DNA of 64,000 bases from contig NC_090710.1 of the NCBI RefSeq assembly GCF_040954835.1, positions 31,580,586 to 31,644,585 of the forward strand, in the 5' to 3' direction. The notes below the pieces were generated by a model. It saw only the letters and a list, made by a program, of their open reading frames with translations. It was not told the DNA's origin and did no database searches. Positions 31,996 through 42,704 of this stretch are shown piece by piece. The position numbers and the translations under genes are program-made. The first letter of the stretch is position 1, and the number at the start of each line of letters is the position of its first letter. This DNA is from Lepisosteus oculatus. Taxonomy: Eukaryota.

Positions 31996-32353
31996 GTATT
32001 GGCCATGTGTTCTGTAGTGTTCTTGTCAGTGTGAAACCTCCCAGCACACTTCTATGGCTTGTGGTGGACAGTGCAGTATACCGTTACAGTAAAGGACTTT
32101 CAGTACATACTGTACTGTACACGAGGAGCTGAACAAGCATACTGTTTTCCAGTCTTAATCCACTGATAAAATAGGGTTTGTGGATTGCTTCTTTGTCCAG
32201 AAATGCCTTTTGCATTTTCAGCAAGTGGAACAAATGTGCCTGTGTTATGCGTGTTTTTTTTTTTTGTTTCTTTATTGTGTTTTTAAGCTTTGAATTTTTT
32301 AATCTGGCTCCATACCGCATCCCTGCTCATTAGGTCTGTTTGGTGCATTTCAG

Positions 32354-32491
32354 AAAACGCAGTGCAAGGCTGTGATCAGCACAGAGGGAGGCAGCTCTCT
32401 GGGGGCCGATGGCTTCCTTCTGTCCATCACCTTGGCTGAGATGCACCTGCCCCGAATGTGGGTGGAGAATCACCCGGAGAAAGACAGCCAG
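32354..32491 (+). CDS. PARP4: PARP4 exon 20
   Basis: KTQCKAVISTEGGSSLGADGFLLSITLAEMHLPRMWVENHPEKDSQ vs human RTDCKAVISTMEGSSLDSSGFSLHIGLSAAYLPRMWVEKHPEKESE. Confidence 0.9.
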
Positions 32492-32811
32492 GTGAGCTGG
32501 CAATGCCACAGGTGCAACAGGTATCCTTGTTTGCTCCCCACGTGCTGTGAAGTCTGGTTTTCATTTTGCATCGTCAATCCTCCTCCTGCTCCTGTTGCAG
32601 TGCCTGGCTCTTGTTCCATTGTACCACTTCTAGCGCATTTATTAAGAGCCTTCGAGTCTCGTTCCTGCCACCTCCACTGAACCTCACCTGTCTGGAGAGC
32701 ACCTGCGTGTGGAGTTGCAGTTCCAGGAAGATCACGAAGGTACCTACCTTCGTGCTATTCCACACACTGTCTGTGCTTCATGGTGTCTGTCTGGTTGATG
32801 TTGTTCCTTAG

Positions 32812-32995
32812 GCGTGCATGCTGGTGTTTTATCCCGAGTTCGAATCCAGCGGTGAGGTGGGCGCCGGCGAGGTTGTTATTGTCCTGGACTCTTCCAATTC
32901 CATGAGGGGTTCGGCACTACAGGACGCCAGGAAAATTGCTCTGCTGGTGCTGAAAGCCCTGAGCTGCAAAGTTAACGTGCTCTTCTTTGGTACAG
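32812..32995 (+). CDS. PARP4: PARP4 exon 21 (vWA domain start)
   Basis: ACMLVFYPEFESSGEVGAGEVVIVLDSSNSMRGSALQDARKIALLVLKALSCKVNVLFFGT vs human ACMLVFQPDLDVDLPDLASESEVIICLDCSSSMEGVTFLQAKQIALHALSLVGEKQKVNIIQFGT. Confidence 0.9.
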
Positions 32996-33653
32996 GTGGG
33001 TCAGACAGCTGTGGGGAAAAAAAAGGCTGGGACACTCCTTGAAATTAAAATTCTTGTGGCCCTACTCGAAAATAAAATTAGCTTAGTCGTTCATAAGCGA
33101 ATTGATTTTATACCTTTTTAGTGGGAAGCACCTAACCAACATTAGACTTGATGTCGCTTCAGAGCCCACTAATAGAAAAGTAAAATGAAGTACAAACAGT
33201 TGTCACAAATAATGTGATTAAGGAGATAATTGACATGATGTTAACAAACCTGGTACAGATCTCCCTTTCAAATTCAAAGAGCTTTTATTGGCTTGATTGA
33301 GCGAGTGTTGCCAAAGCAATAATAAGTAGAACAAAAACATCCGTCCATCCATTTTCTAACTATAGGGATACAACCTATCCTGGCAAGCAATGCATGCCAG
33401 GCAGGATTAAACCCTGGGTGTGATGCCAGTTCATTGCAAGGCACACACAGACACAAACACACTCACACCAGGGCCATTATAAAAAAAAAACATTTCTAAT
33501 GAAAACATACGAAAAATATATTTAAATTGCCAGTGTCTGTAAAAGTTTTTTTTTTCCTGATTGCTACTGCTTTGGCAACCCAGTGATTCGTTGGTCCTGC
33601 CAGAAAAGTTCTTTAAATTTGATGACTGTGCTCATTTCTCTTGTGTGTTTCAG

Positions 33654-33724
33654 ACTATAAGGAATTGTTCCTCTGCTCCCAGGACTGTAAATCTTCCTTT
33701 GAAGCTGCCAAGAAGTTTATTATG
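33654..33724 (+). CDS. PARP4: PARP4 exon 22 (vWA)
   Basis: DYKELFLCSQDCKSSFEAAKKFIM vs human GYKELFSYPKHITSNTMAAEFIM. Confidence 0.8.
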
Positions 33725-34444
33725 GTAAGTACTGAACGATACGATCGGCTTTTAATCCCAATGTAAGAAAAAATCTGAAGAAACAAAAATATTTTATATT
33801 TGAACTATACCTGTACACGCAATACAAAGTCATTCAGAAATGTTGTAGAATTCAGGTGGTGCTGGATTCCGCAACTTGAAATTATTCTTTGGAAAGAAAA
33901 AAAATTATGGAAATGGAGCACTAATTTTATTTATGAATATATTCTTTGATATTCATCCTAAATGGCCACTGATGTTATTTATCTACAGTAAGTAGTTAAT
34001 CCTTTTTTTTTGGTGAATTTGTCATTTTGTGTCACACGACATAGTAAGTGTTACGTGTCTGGTGTTTCCCTTTGTATCCCATTCCTGTAAAACCCGGGGA
34101 ACCTTTTCTAACAGACAAGTGAGGACTGCCAAGTGTTTAGATGAGCAGAAACCACAGAACAGTGTTTTAATGAAAAAAAGGTTCCAGACTTCAGAGTACC
34201 AATCAACTCAAACAGGGATTTAGATATATTTCATGATCTTTTCTTGTGACCTTTGAAAGTCCTTGTCTCTCTATTATAATTTCTGTGCACAGCAACTGGT
34301 TTTGGGCGTTAACACTGACAGAAAGGATGTCTCTTATATCATGCTCTGGCCTGATTGAGATGTAACCTGGGCGTAGTTCCGTTGTTTAGTATCTTATTTC
34401 GCTTTCTCTGAAATGAATTGCTGCTCGTCTTCCTGTTCGCACAG

Positions 34445-34632
34445 ACCACTCCACCAGCGGGGGGCGGCACTGAGCTCTGGAGGCCGCTACGCACTTTCAG
34501 CCTCCTGGCTCCCTCCCGAGGCGTCAGGAACCTCCTCCTGATTTCCGACGGACACGTGCAGAACGAGGGGCTCACCCTGCAGCTGGCCAGGGAGAATGTC
34601 CCGCACACCAGAGTCTTCACGTGTGGCGTCGG
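34445..34632 (+). CDS. PARP4: PARP4 exon 23 (vWA)
   Basis: TTPPAGGGTELWRPLRTFSLLAPSRGVRNLLLISDGHVQNEGLTLQLARENVPHTRVFTCGVG vs human ATPTMGNTDFWKTLRYLSLLYPARGSRNILLVSDGHLQDESLTLQLVKRSRPHTRLFACGIG. Confidence 0.9.
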
Positions 34633-35892
34633 GTAAGGACAGGGTGCAGGGATCAGAGCCCCGCGCTATCCTCCCGGATATCGGTGGCTCGTCACGAGGG
34701 TCCTGCCGGAAGGACGGCATCATCACCTGTGCCTGTGTGGTGTTCGGGGTCAGGGGGCAGGAAACGAGTTGGTTCACCACGCTGTGGCTGCTGTGGCCTG
34801 CTGTGGGCAGGCCTCAGGCAGGACCTGCGGACATGTGTGTCACTTTCGGCTTCAGCCTCGTCCTTCTCTTTGACTGACCTCGTGGAGAGAGAGAGAGAGA
34901 AATTTATTTTGAGATACGTGCATGTGCATTGGGATCCATGCTTGCGCTGGTCTCTTGGGACATGTACGGTAGAATAGACGACACTTCCACACTATGTACA
35001 CAATGTTTCACACAGTGCAGCAGATGAGCAGGAGCAGGAGTCTCTGGGCGAGAGACAGATAAGCCCCAGGGGACTGTAGGCAGTGCGTTGACAGAGAGTC
35101 CGCAGTGCAGAGGGGCAACCGGACTGGGGTTCAAAGCCAAGATCACAGGCAGGTAGTGGTTGCAGAGCCGCAGGCATGGTGCTGAGGTAGAGACCAGCGA
35201 AGGCACTGAAGGAATATCAGAAAGAGGAAATCCAAAGCAGGCAAGAGGTTGTAGCGTTGCAGAAGATTAAGTGGTCCGGGTCATACACGGGAATCAAGGG
35301 GGAGACCCCGGAATTGTGGTTGAGGGAACAAGCAAGAGTCAAGTCTGGGACAATCTAAAACAGAAGGGGAATAGTCTTAAGTACTCAAAGACCAAACTCT
35401 GTATCAGAGCTGTGATCAGAGTCCAAGGTTCTCCGATATCCCTGTATCACCTGGAGCGGCGAGATGTTCATGGCCTCCAGGTGACCCAGGTCTCTTGTTA
35501 ATTGGTGCCCATGGCAACTGCTGCTGAGTGGCAGGTGGGCTGGGCAGAGGCCGGCTGCCACGACAATGCTAGCTCAAACCCCACCCCCCCCGGGCAGGAG
35601 CCGGGACAAATATGACAAGGTTGACAGTTACAAATGAGGGCAGGGCAACTGATTGACATCACTGATGGATCCAAGAATCTCATCCAGCCGTTTCTTGAAA
35701 GAAGCCAGGCTATCAGCTTCAACAACATGGCTGGGTAGCTTCTTCCACATTCCCTTACCCCCCTGTGCGAAGAAGTGCCTCCCTTTTCTCACTTCCGCGC
35801 AGTTGCCATCCTGCCTCGTGCTCTGCTTGCTCTAGTGCAGCCATTCGTCTTGAGCAGTGCTGATTTCCAACGCCCTCTGTCGCTTTCTTCAG

Positions 35893-35992
35893 GTCCGCAG
35901 CCAACAGGCACATGCTGAGATCCCTGGCTCGGGCCGGAGGCGGAGCCCACGAGTTCTTCGACGCAAAGACCAAGCACACCTGGCAGGAGAAG
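35893..35992 (+). CDS. PARP4: PARP4 exon 24 (vWA)
   Basis: SAANRHMLRSLARAGGGAHEFFDAKTKHTWQEK vs human STANRHVLRILSQCGAGVFEYFNAKSKHSWRKQ. Confidence 0.9.
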
Positions 35993-36589
35993 GTGAGGCC
36001 GCGTGGAGAGGGACGCGGGGGGCCAGCTCGGTCTATTGATAGCCTTACATTTTTTTTAGACTTGCGCTTTTCCATTTCGGCTGCCACACTTGAGATGTCG
36101 GAGAAATACCGGCCTCGTCCGGGCGGGATCCAGCCCCAGCCTTGTAGGGAGCAAATGAAAACCCCATTCCCTTGGAGCTCTCAGCACACACGGAGGCAGT
36201 ACCCAGCCTGCAGGTTGGGGCAGCTAAACGGCTGTACACCCCAAAATATACTGTACCAGCTTTCCAGCACCATGCAGCTACCTTCATTCCCTTCCCAGGC
36301 CTGCTTGCACCCAGAGAGCCAAAGACACGCCGTTTCTCTGTAGTCAACCCCCATGAGCACATGTGATTGTTCCAGTCAGGCAGCACTGTTCGGCTCCGTG
36401 AATCACGTGATCTGTAGCAGCAGTGTGGGAGGCCCTTAGGGCTGTGGGCTCAGAACCTCTGCAGCGCTCTTGAGCGAGGTACAGGTACTTCTAGGACGTG
36501 CCGCGGTCAAACGCAGCTCCCCTGCTAATGTAGGGCGCTCTGGATGAAAGCGTCTGCCAGATGAGTTAAATGAAGATTTTAATTCATTA

Positions 36590-36990
36590 AACTTGGATTC
36601 AATTAGAACCCTAATGCCCCAACATAGTGATGGGGACACTAAACTAAAAAAAAAGGCGCCATACTTTCATTCAGATGAGACATTAAACCGAGGTTCTGAC
36701 TCTCCTTGGTTATTAAAAATCCCAGGGTGTTTCTCGAAAAGAGTAGGGGTGTTACCCCAGCGTCCAGGCCAAATCTGCCCCTGGCCTTTACCAGTCGTGG
36801 CCTCCTAATAATCCCCATCTATGAATTGGCTTCATTACTCTGTCCTCCTCCCCACTGAGAGCTGGTGTGTGGGGAGTATACTCGTGCATCGTCCAGGTGG
36901 GGCTGCACACTGGTGGTGGTGGAGGGGATCCCCGTTACCTGTAAAGCGCTGTATACATGTAAGGAACTATTTATTCATTTACATAAAAAG
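36590..36990 (-). mobile_element. full-length copy of the same SINE-like repeat (in a PARP4 intron)
   Basis: Homologous to 7495-7865 end to end. Confidence 0.7.
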
Positions 36991-37153
36991 AGCAGTCTAC
37001 TTAGCTGTCTCTCTGGCGCCCTCAACGGGCCGCTCCATGGCCATCACCTCCTGGAAAGGGCTGTCGCAGTACGGGAACGGCCGCGGCGTGCTGGGCAGGG
37101 CGCTCCTCTGCGGCGCACCTGTGGAGAGACTCGCTGTGCTGTAACCTTGCCAG

Positions 37154-37324
37154 GTGACGGCCCAGGTGAAGCGCATGGCCTCTCCGGGCTGCAGCTCGGT
37201 GTCGGTGAAGTGGCAGCAGTTCCGCTCCGGAGCGCCCCCTCCTGTCCAGGCCCCTGCGCAGCTGCTCTCTCTCTTCAGCGACTGCCGCCTCCTCGTCTAC
37301 GGGTTCGTGCCGCACTGCACAAGG
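37154..37324 (+). CDS. PARP4: PARP4 exon 25
   Basis: VTAQVKRMASPGCSSVSVKWQQFRSGAPPPVQAPAQLLSLFSDCRLLVYGFVPHCTR vs human IEDQMTRLCSPSCHSVSVKWQQLNPDAPEALQAPAQVPSLFLNDRLLVYGFIPHCTQ. Confidence 0.9.
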
Positions 37325-37699
37325 GTAAGCGGGGCTCCTGCTCGGCGCTCGGACGGGACTTCGGTGCGCTCTCCGGTCAGGTTTCTTCATGCAGATACTA
37401 TGTGGGAAAGGTTACAGTGTACTGAAGTGCCAGAGGACAAGCTGGCCTGGTCCTGATCTTGTATTTATTCCAACCATCCAAAAGGGAATTATATCATTTG
37501 AGACTGTTGTTAGTGTTATTAAATCACGTTGGCCGTTCAGACCAAGGACGCTTGCAGTGGAACAACAATGACTGCCCTCTGATAACTCATCAGTATTGTT
37601 TAGGACTGAGAGGACTATAGTCGCTCTAAGACATCTCTCTAGACCATGTACGTGTTTCCCCTGGCTGGAGAATGAGCGATCGTTTTGTTTGCCTTCAAG

Positions 37700-37780
37700 G
37701 CCACTCTGACGGGCAAGGTGAGCGATCGGGAGATCGAGACCACGGTCGCCACCACAGAGCTCCAGAAGACCAAAGGCACG
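37700..37780 (+). CDS. PARP4: PARP4 exon 26
   Basis: ATLTGKVSDREIETTVATTELQKTKGT vs human ATLCALIQEKEFRTMVSTTELQKTTGT; unusual acceptor ttcaag|. Confidence 0.85.
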
Positions 37781-37895
37781 GTAAGACGAGGAGCACGGAT
37801 GTGGCGTGTGGACACCTTGACGTCGCCGGCCCGGGTTTCTCTGGTTCCGCGATGCGTGATGTGTGATGTGTGGCTCCTGTGTTGTCGCTCTGCAG

Positions 37896-37976
37896 CTGCT
37901 GCACACACTCGCGGCGAGAGCGGTCATCAGAGACTACGAAGAGGGGAGCCTCCACGCGGAAGAATCGGAGCACGAG
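37896..37976 (+). CDS. PARP4: PARP4 exon 27 (followed by a GC-AG intron)
   Basis: LLHTLAARAVIRDYEEGSLHAEESEHE vs human MIHKLAARALIRDYEDGILHENETSHE; no GT is available at the phase-0 junction; donor GAG|gcgagt. Confidence 0.85.
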
Positions 37977-38908
37977 GCGAGTCCGGGCAGAACCCGAGCC
38001 GCGGCTGCTGGGCGGTGGGCTGCTCTCCGCTGGGCTGATGTTGAGCCGACAGCGGACAGCAGTGCTGCTCTCCTCGGGAGTCTGCAGCGCCAGGAGCCAT
38101 GAGCACTGAGCTGCTTACTCACGCAGGAGCAGGTGGAAGCACACGGGGAATCGTGAGGTGGACACGTGTGCTTTCAGCACAGCAGATTCTGGGTGGGACC
38201 TAATGGCATCACGAACAGGTCGTAGTCTGAGCCCCTCACATCCCAAAAATGAGGCACGACCGGGCCAGGTCAGTCCCGGCGTGTGAGACCTCTCCCAGAA
38301 GCCAGCTGCTGCTGAAGGCGGTGTTGGCCGACCAGGAGGTGACACTCTTCCCTCTGGCCCAGAAGTCCCTCACCAGTGCCTCAGGGTGATGACACCGGAC
38401 ATGGCATTGTAGAAGGTGCCACTCTTCGGATGAAGCCTAGTCCCTGACTTGACAGCTCAAAAAATATCCCTCGGCACGATTCTTGAGTGTAGGGGTGTTA
38501 ACCGCAATGTCTGGGCTGAATTCTGCTTCGGCTTTGCGAACAACTTCGCCTCCCTACATTTCCCCCCCTAGTGACATCGTTCAAGCACGTTCTGCACCTG
38601 ATCGGCGCTGGCGGGGGACTACTGGTGTATAATGGGAGCATTCTGTGCTTCAGTGATGGACAAAGTGGGTGTAGTTTGTCTCCAGGGATGAAATATGGTA
38701 TATAAATATCATCAGTTTTTAATTGCTGGTATAACATTGTTTTCTATGATGAAGGTTAAGAGGTGGCCAGTTTCAAACTGATATACCATAAACAAGAACG
38801 TTTTTGGGGGTGGGGGTATTAGCATAATATCCACTTTTTAAGTTTCCATCTTATTCCACTCGGTGGTAAATAAGTTTTGTCATCCCGCTGTTTTTTTTTT
38901 TCTTCCAG

Positions 38909-39004
38909 GCGAGGAAAGCAGAGTTAAAATCGTACATCATTGGCCTGAGCAAAGAGTACTCAGTCGTGACGCAGTTCACCAGCTTCGTCGCCATTGAAGA
39001 AAGG
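38909..39004 (+). CDS. PARP4: PARP4 exon 28
   Basis: ARKAELKSYIIGLSKEYSVVTQFTSFVAIEER vs human MKKQTLKSLIIKLSKENSLITQFTSFVAVEKR. Confidence 0.9.
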
Positions 39005-39638
39005 GTGGGTACCCAATGGCCCGAAGGGCATCTAAACTCCAGGGTGACAACTGGCTTATTCTCTCCCTTCTGCAGTCACTTAAGAAGGAGGCGCTGCAGT
39101 CAATACAGAAGCCAGGAGTGTACTACGGTGCTGAAACATTTCCCTTACAGGTCCTCCGGTCACCTTAAAAGCTGATTTGTTCAATCTGTATTTCTGGTTT
39201 TGTTTGCTCACATGTTCACATGTTCTAACGCCCGTCGAGACACGGGGACCAGGACAAAGGGCTGTGGCTTTCTCATGTGCAGCGTTGGGGAAAGACAGTT
39301 TAAAAAAAAAAATCCATTACAATTACAAGATACACGTATCAGGCGTGAGATTAATGAGACGTTTGGGGAAACTCATTTAAAAAACTTTCAGTGATTCCTG
39401 TAGTATGTGTGTAGTGTACTGTAGTACAATACCTGTTGACAGTTAATGCCCTCAGACTTCTTGTTAGTTTGAAGAGAAATCCCTTACACGAGTCACATTT
39501 GACAGTAATGGATTACTGTTTACAAGTAACTTTCCTCAACATGTGTTCGTATGCCTACAGTATGTGTTCCATAATTCTGGGCTGGTGGACACGTACACCT
39601 CCAGCGAGTTCTGAGATTGGTTTGTCTTCGTATTTCAG

Positions 39639-39752
39639 GATGAAGAAAAGCAAGAATTTGGTTCTACAGACATAGAGGAGCTGATTGCAATGGAAGATGT
39701 GGACTGTCTGCCTTACTTGGAGTGGGAGAGTCGAAACCAGGGTTCTAACCAG
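39639..39752 (+). CDS. PARP4: PARP4 exon 29
   Basis: DEEKQEFGSTDIEELIAMEDVDCLPYLEWESRNQGSNQ vs human DENESPFPDIPKVSELIAKEDVDFLPYMSWQGEPQEAVRNQ. Confidence 0.88.
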
Positions 39753-39794
39753 GTAACCGTTAGTTAACGACCTTATAATTCATGTCATACAAAT

Positions 39795-39900
39795 ACAGCG
39801 AGTGCAGACTCTGGACACTCCACTCACAGCGCTTTACAGGTCATGGGGATCCCCTCCACCCCCACCAGTGTGCAGCCCCACCTGGATGATGGAAGGTTAG
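39795..39900 (+). mobile_element. AAT-head family partial copy
   Basis: cactcacagcgctttacaggtcatggggatcccctccacccccaccagtgtgcagccccacctggatgatgg. Confidence 0.55.
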
Positions 39901-40059
39901 TATTGTCGCTGAAGCCTGTGCCTCTCTCTGTTAGCTGAGCACACTCCTTTGTATCGATACAACCTTTGTATCGCAGGATCTCTGCAATGTGATCAGGTGT
40001 ATTCTGTGCCTTCCACAGGAGCTTCTCAAGCTGTAAGGATCAGAAAGACATGGAAAACA

Positions 40060-40340
40060 TATTGTTGGTGGTGGGGGACAGTGGCAGGGTGACAGAGTGG
40101 TGGGCATTGCTGCCTCGTAGCGCTGGGGCCCCGGTCCGGTTTAATTCCCCCACCTGGGGTGCTGTCTGCGTGGAGTTTGCATGTTCTCCCTGTGCTCACG
40201 AGGGATTCCTCCCACAGTCCAAAGACGTACAGTACCGGTAGGCTTATTGGCTGGTGGTAGAATTGGCCCTGGTGCGATTGTGTGTGTCTTCCCTGCGTCC
40301 CCCTTCCAGGCTGCTTTCGTTCATGAACATGAAGGTTATT
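40060..40340 (+). mobile_element. tRNA-derived SINE (same family as 28030)
   Basis: ..ttgctgcctcgtagcgctggggccccggtccggtttaattccc..gtggagtttgcatgttctccctgtgctcacgagggattcctcccacagtccaaagacgtac.. Confidence 0.7.
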
Positions 40341-41066
40341 TTATAGTGTGCAGTACTTTAAAATAAAGGAATTGAACCCATTGCAGTGATGCTCACCACT
40401 GACATTCACTACCTTTTTCAGATGTCCACACGTGCAAATCTCCTGGATTGTGTACATCTGCAGTTCCAGTTTATCACAACTGCTGTTTTCTAAAAAAAGG
40501 TCCCTATTTAAATGTATAAGGATTACATACTGTATGAAAACACAAAAAGGTCATTCAAATAAATGATTGGCATTTAATACCCAGTTCACTGCAGTGGTGT
40601 TTTCACTTCTCTTAGATTACTGGTGATTATTTGATGAATACGTCATTAATTTGTCTGTTGTTGGTGCTGCTTCAGAACAGCGTAAGCATTTGTGGTTCCT
40701 AAATTTTATGGAGTTTTCATATGAAAAAATACAAGACAGCTTTTGATAAAAATGAATACCGTCAGTGTGGGATAACAAGCACACAGAACATCTTGTGAGG
40801 TTAGTTTTAGGTGTGTATTTCTGAAGCTACAGTGCAGTATGTGAACAAAAGCACAAGATAAACGATTGCCACTTGCAAAATGTTTCTCTGAGCTACAGAC
40901 AGGATGAAGATCTTGACTTTGCTGCCAGTCATGTTTGGTAAATAATAACTGTGTGGAGACATATCGGAGTTACAGTGATATCTCACACACTGTATGTAGT
41001 TTCATGTGGAACAGTCCTTTTGTACAAATGACTTCCATGCGTGTGACACACTTTGTTTGTTTTTAG

Positions 41067-41141
41067 GAATATGAGGAGGAAGATGAAGAAGAGATGGACA
41101 GAGAAGACCATGTGCTTCAGTCTCATTCTTTGTCTGAATCT
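41067..41141 (+). CDS. PARP4: PARP4 acidic 75-nt exon, copy 1 of a tandem duplicate
   Basis: EYEEEDEEEMDREDHVLQSHSLSES; acceptor ttttag|, donor TCT|gtgagt; phase 0 in and out. Confidence 0.65.
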
Positions 41142-41389
41142 GTGAGTGACAAACTACCTTCTCTGTAATGGTTTCTCCAGTCAGATGCCACCTTCCTCAA
41201 ATGGAGCAAGTGTTTTTTATTTCCTGTACCTTTGGCCATTTAACCTACCAATATTATACCCCTGGTATCTTGTGCATCTGACATTTGTCCTCTCATTAAC
41301 AGAACAGAACATTTTTTTGTGTTTATCAACAAAAAGAGCAGAGGATAGAAAGTACAGTGCGTCTTTTTAACTCAATCCATATGAGAACT

Positions 41390-41560
41390 TTTCACTGCGG
41401 GACTGGGGGAGGAAACTGGGGCTCCCAGCAAAAACCCATGCGGAGGCGCGCGGAACATGCAGACTCCACACAGACAGCACGTCTGGGCCAGGATTGAACC
41501 CGAAGCCCAAGCGCTGAGAGGCAGCAACGCTCACCGCTTTGCCACGGTGACATCCCTTAG
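41390..41560 (-). mobile_element. SINE fragment (reverse orientation) between the two copies of the PARP4 tandem duplication
   Basis: Reverse complement ..tgtcaccgtggcaaagcggtgagcgttgctgcctctcagcgcttgggcttcgggttcaatcctggcc..gtggagtctgcatgttccg.. Confidence 0.6.
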
Positions 41561-42205
41561 TGTTGTCACATGTGCGCACACGCTAATCTCCTGAATCACG
41601 TTCAGCTGTAGTCCTCATTTATTACACTTACCATTATCTAAAACAGGTCACCTCTTAAACATAGAAGGATTACATTTAGAAAACATAAAAAAGGTCATTC
41701 AAACAAATGGTTGGCATTTAATACCCAGTTCACTGAAGTGATGTTTTCCACTTCTCTTAGATTACTGGTGATTATTTGATGAATACGTCATTAATTTGTC
41801 TGTTGTTGGTGCTGCTTCAGAACAGTGTAAGCATTTGTGGTTCCTAAATTTTATGGAGTTTTCATATGAAAAAATACAAGACAGCTTTTGATAAAAATGA
41901 ATACCGTCAGTGTGGGATAACAAGCACACAGAACATCTTGTGAGGTTAGTTTTAGGTGTGTATTTCTGAAGCTACAGTGCAGTATGTGAACAAAAGCACA
42001 AGATAAACGATTGCCACTTGCAAAATGTTTCTCCAAGCTACAGACAGGATGAAGATCTTGACTTTGCTGCAAGTCATGTTTGGTAAATAATAACTGTGCG
42101 GAGACATATCGGAGTTACAGTGATATCTCACACACTGTATGTAGTTTCGTGTGGAACAGTCCTTTTGTACAAATGACTTACATGCATGTGACACTTTGTT
42201 TTTAG

Positions 42206-42280
42206 GAAAATGAGGAGGAAGACGAAGAAGAGATGGACAGAGAAGACCATGTGCTTCAGTCTCATTCTTTGTCTGAATCT
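42206..42280 (+). CDS. PARP4: PARP4 acidic 75-nt exon, copy 2 of the tandem duplicate
   Basis: ENEEEDEEEMDREDHVLQSHSLSES; splice sites identical to copy 1; lies inside the about 1.15-kb duplicated segment. Confidence 0.6.
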
Positions 42281-42704
42281 GTGAGTGACAAACTACCTTC
42301 TCTGTCATGGTTTCTCCAGTCAGATGCCACCTTCCTCAAAACAGAAAAAGTGTTTATACTGTATTTCCTACATTTTAAAGCTTTTCCACATTATATAATG
42401 TTAAATGAGAAAACACAAGATAACTTCACTAGGAAGTGAACAATATATTATAATGTTTTCAGAAAGTACAAGAACAGAGGACTGTACCTTTATGTGAGCA
42501 AAAGTATGACGTGCATTGACAGCTGGAATTTGAACTTTTAAAAATAAAAATAAGGAAATATTTCTCTCTGCTGAAAATGAACAATGCAGAGACTTGCAGT
42601 AGTAGCAAGGTGTTTACATTTTTATGTTTAAAAAGTTTGATGTGATGTTTTTTTTTTAATAAATCTTTCTGTATGTGTAACGCCCTTTATTTTATTTGTT
42701 TTAG

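Larger units (their letters stand above)
40400..42340 (+). repeat. PARP4: tandem segmental duplication (2 x about 1.15 kb) in PARP4, each copy carrying a 75-nt acidic exon
   Basis: 40548-41200 vs 41688-42340 about 97% identical; more diverged alignment of 40440-40548 vs 41590-41688; a SINE fragment sits between the copies. Confidence 0.85.

Noticed and set aside
35060-35600. Possible additional interspersed repeat or gene fragment between PARP4 exons 23 and 24
   Set aside because: No second copy in the window and no protein similarity I could recognise. It is left unannotated and could be checked against a repeat library.
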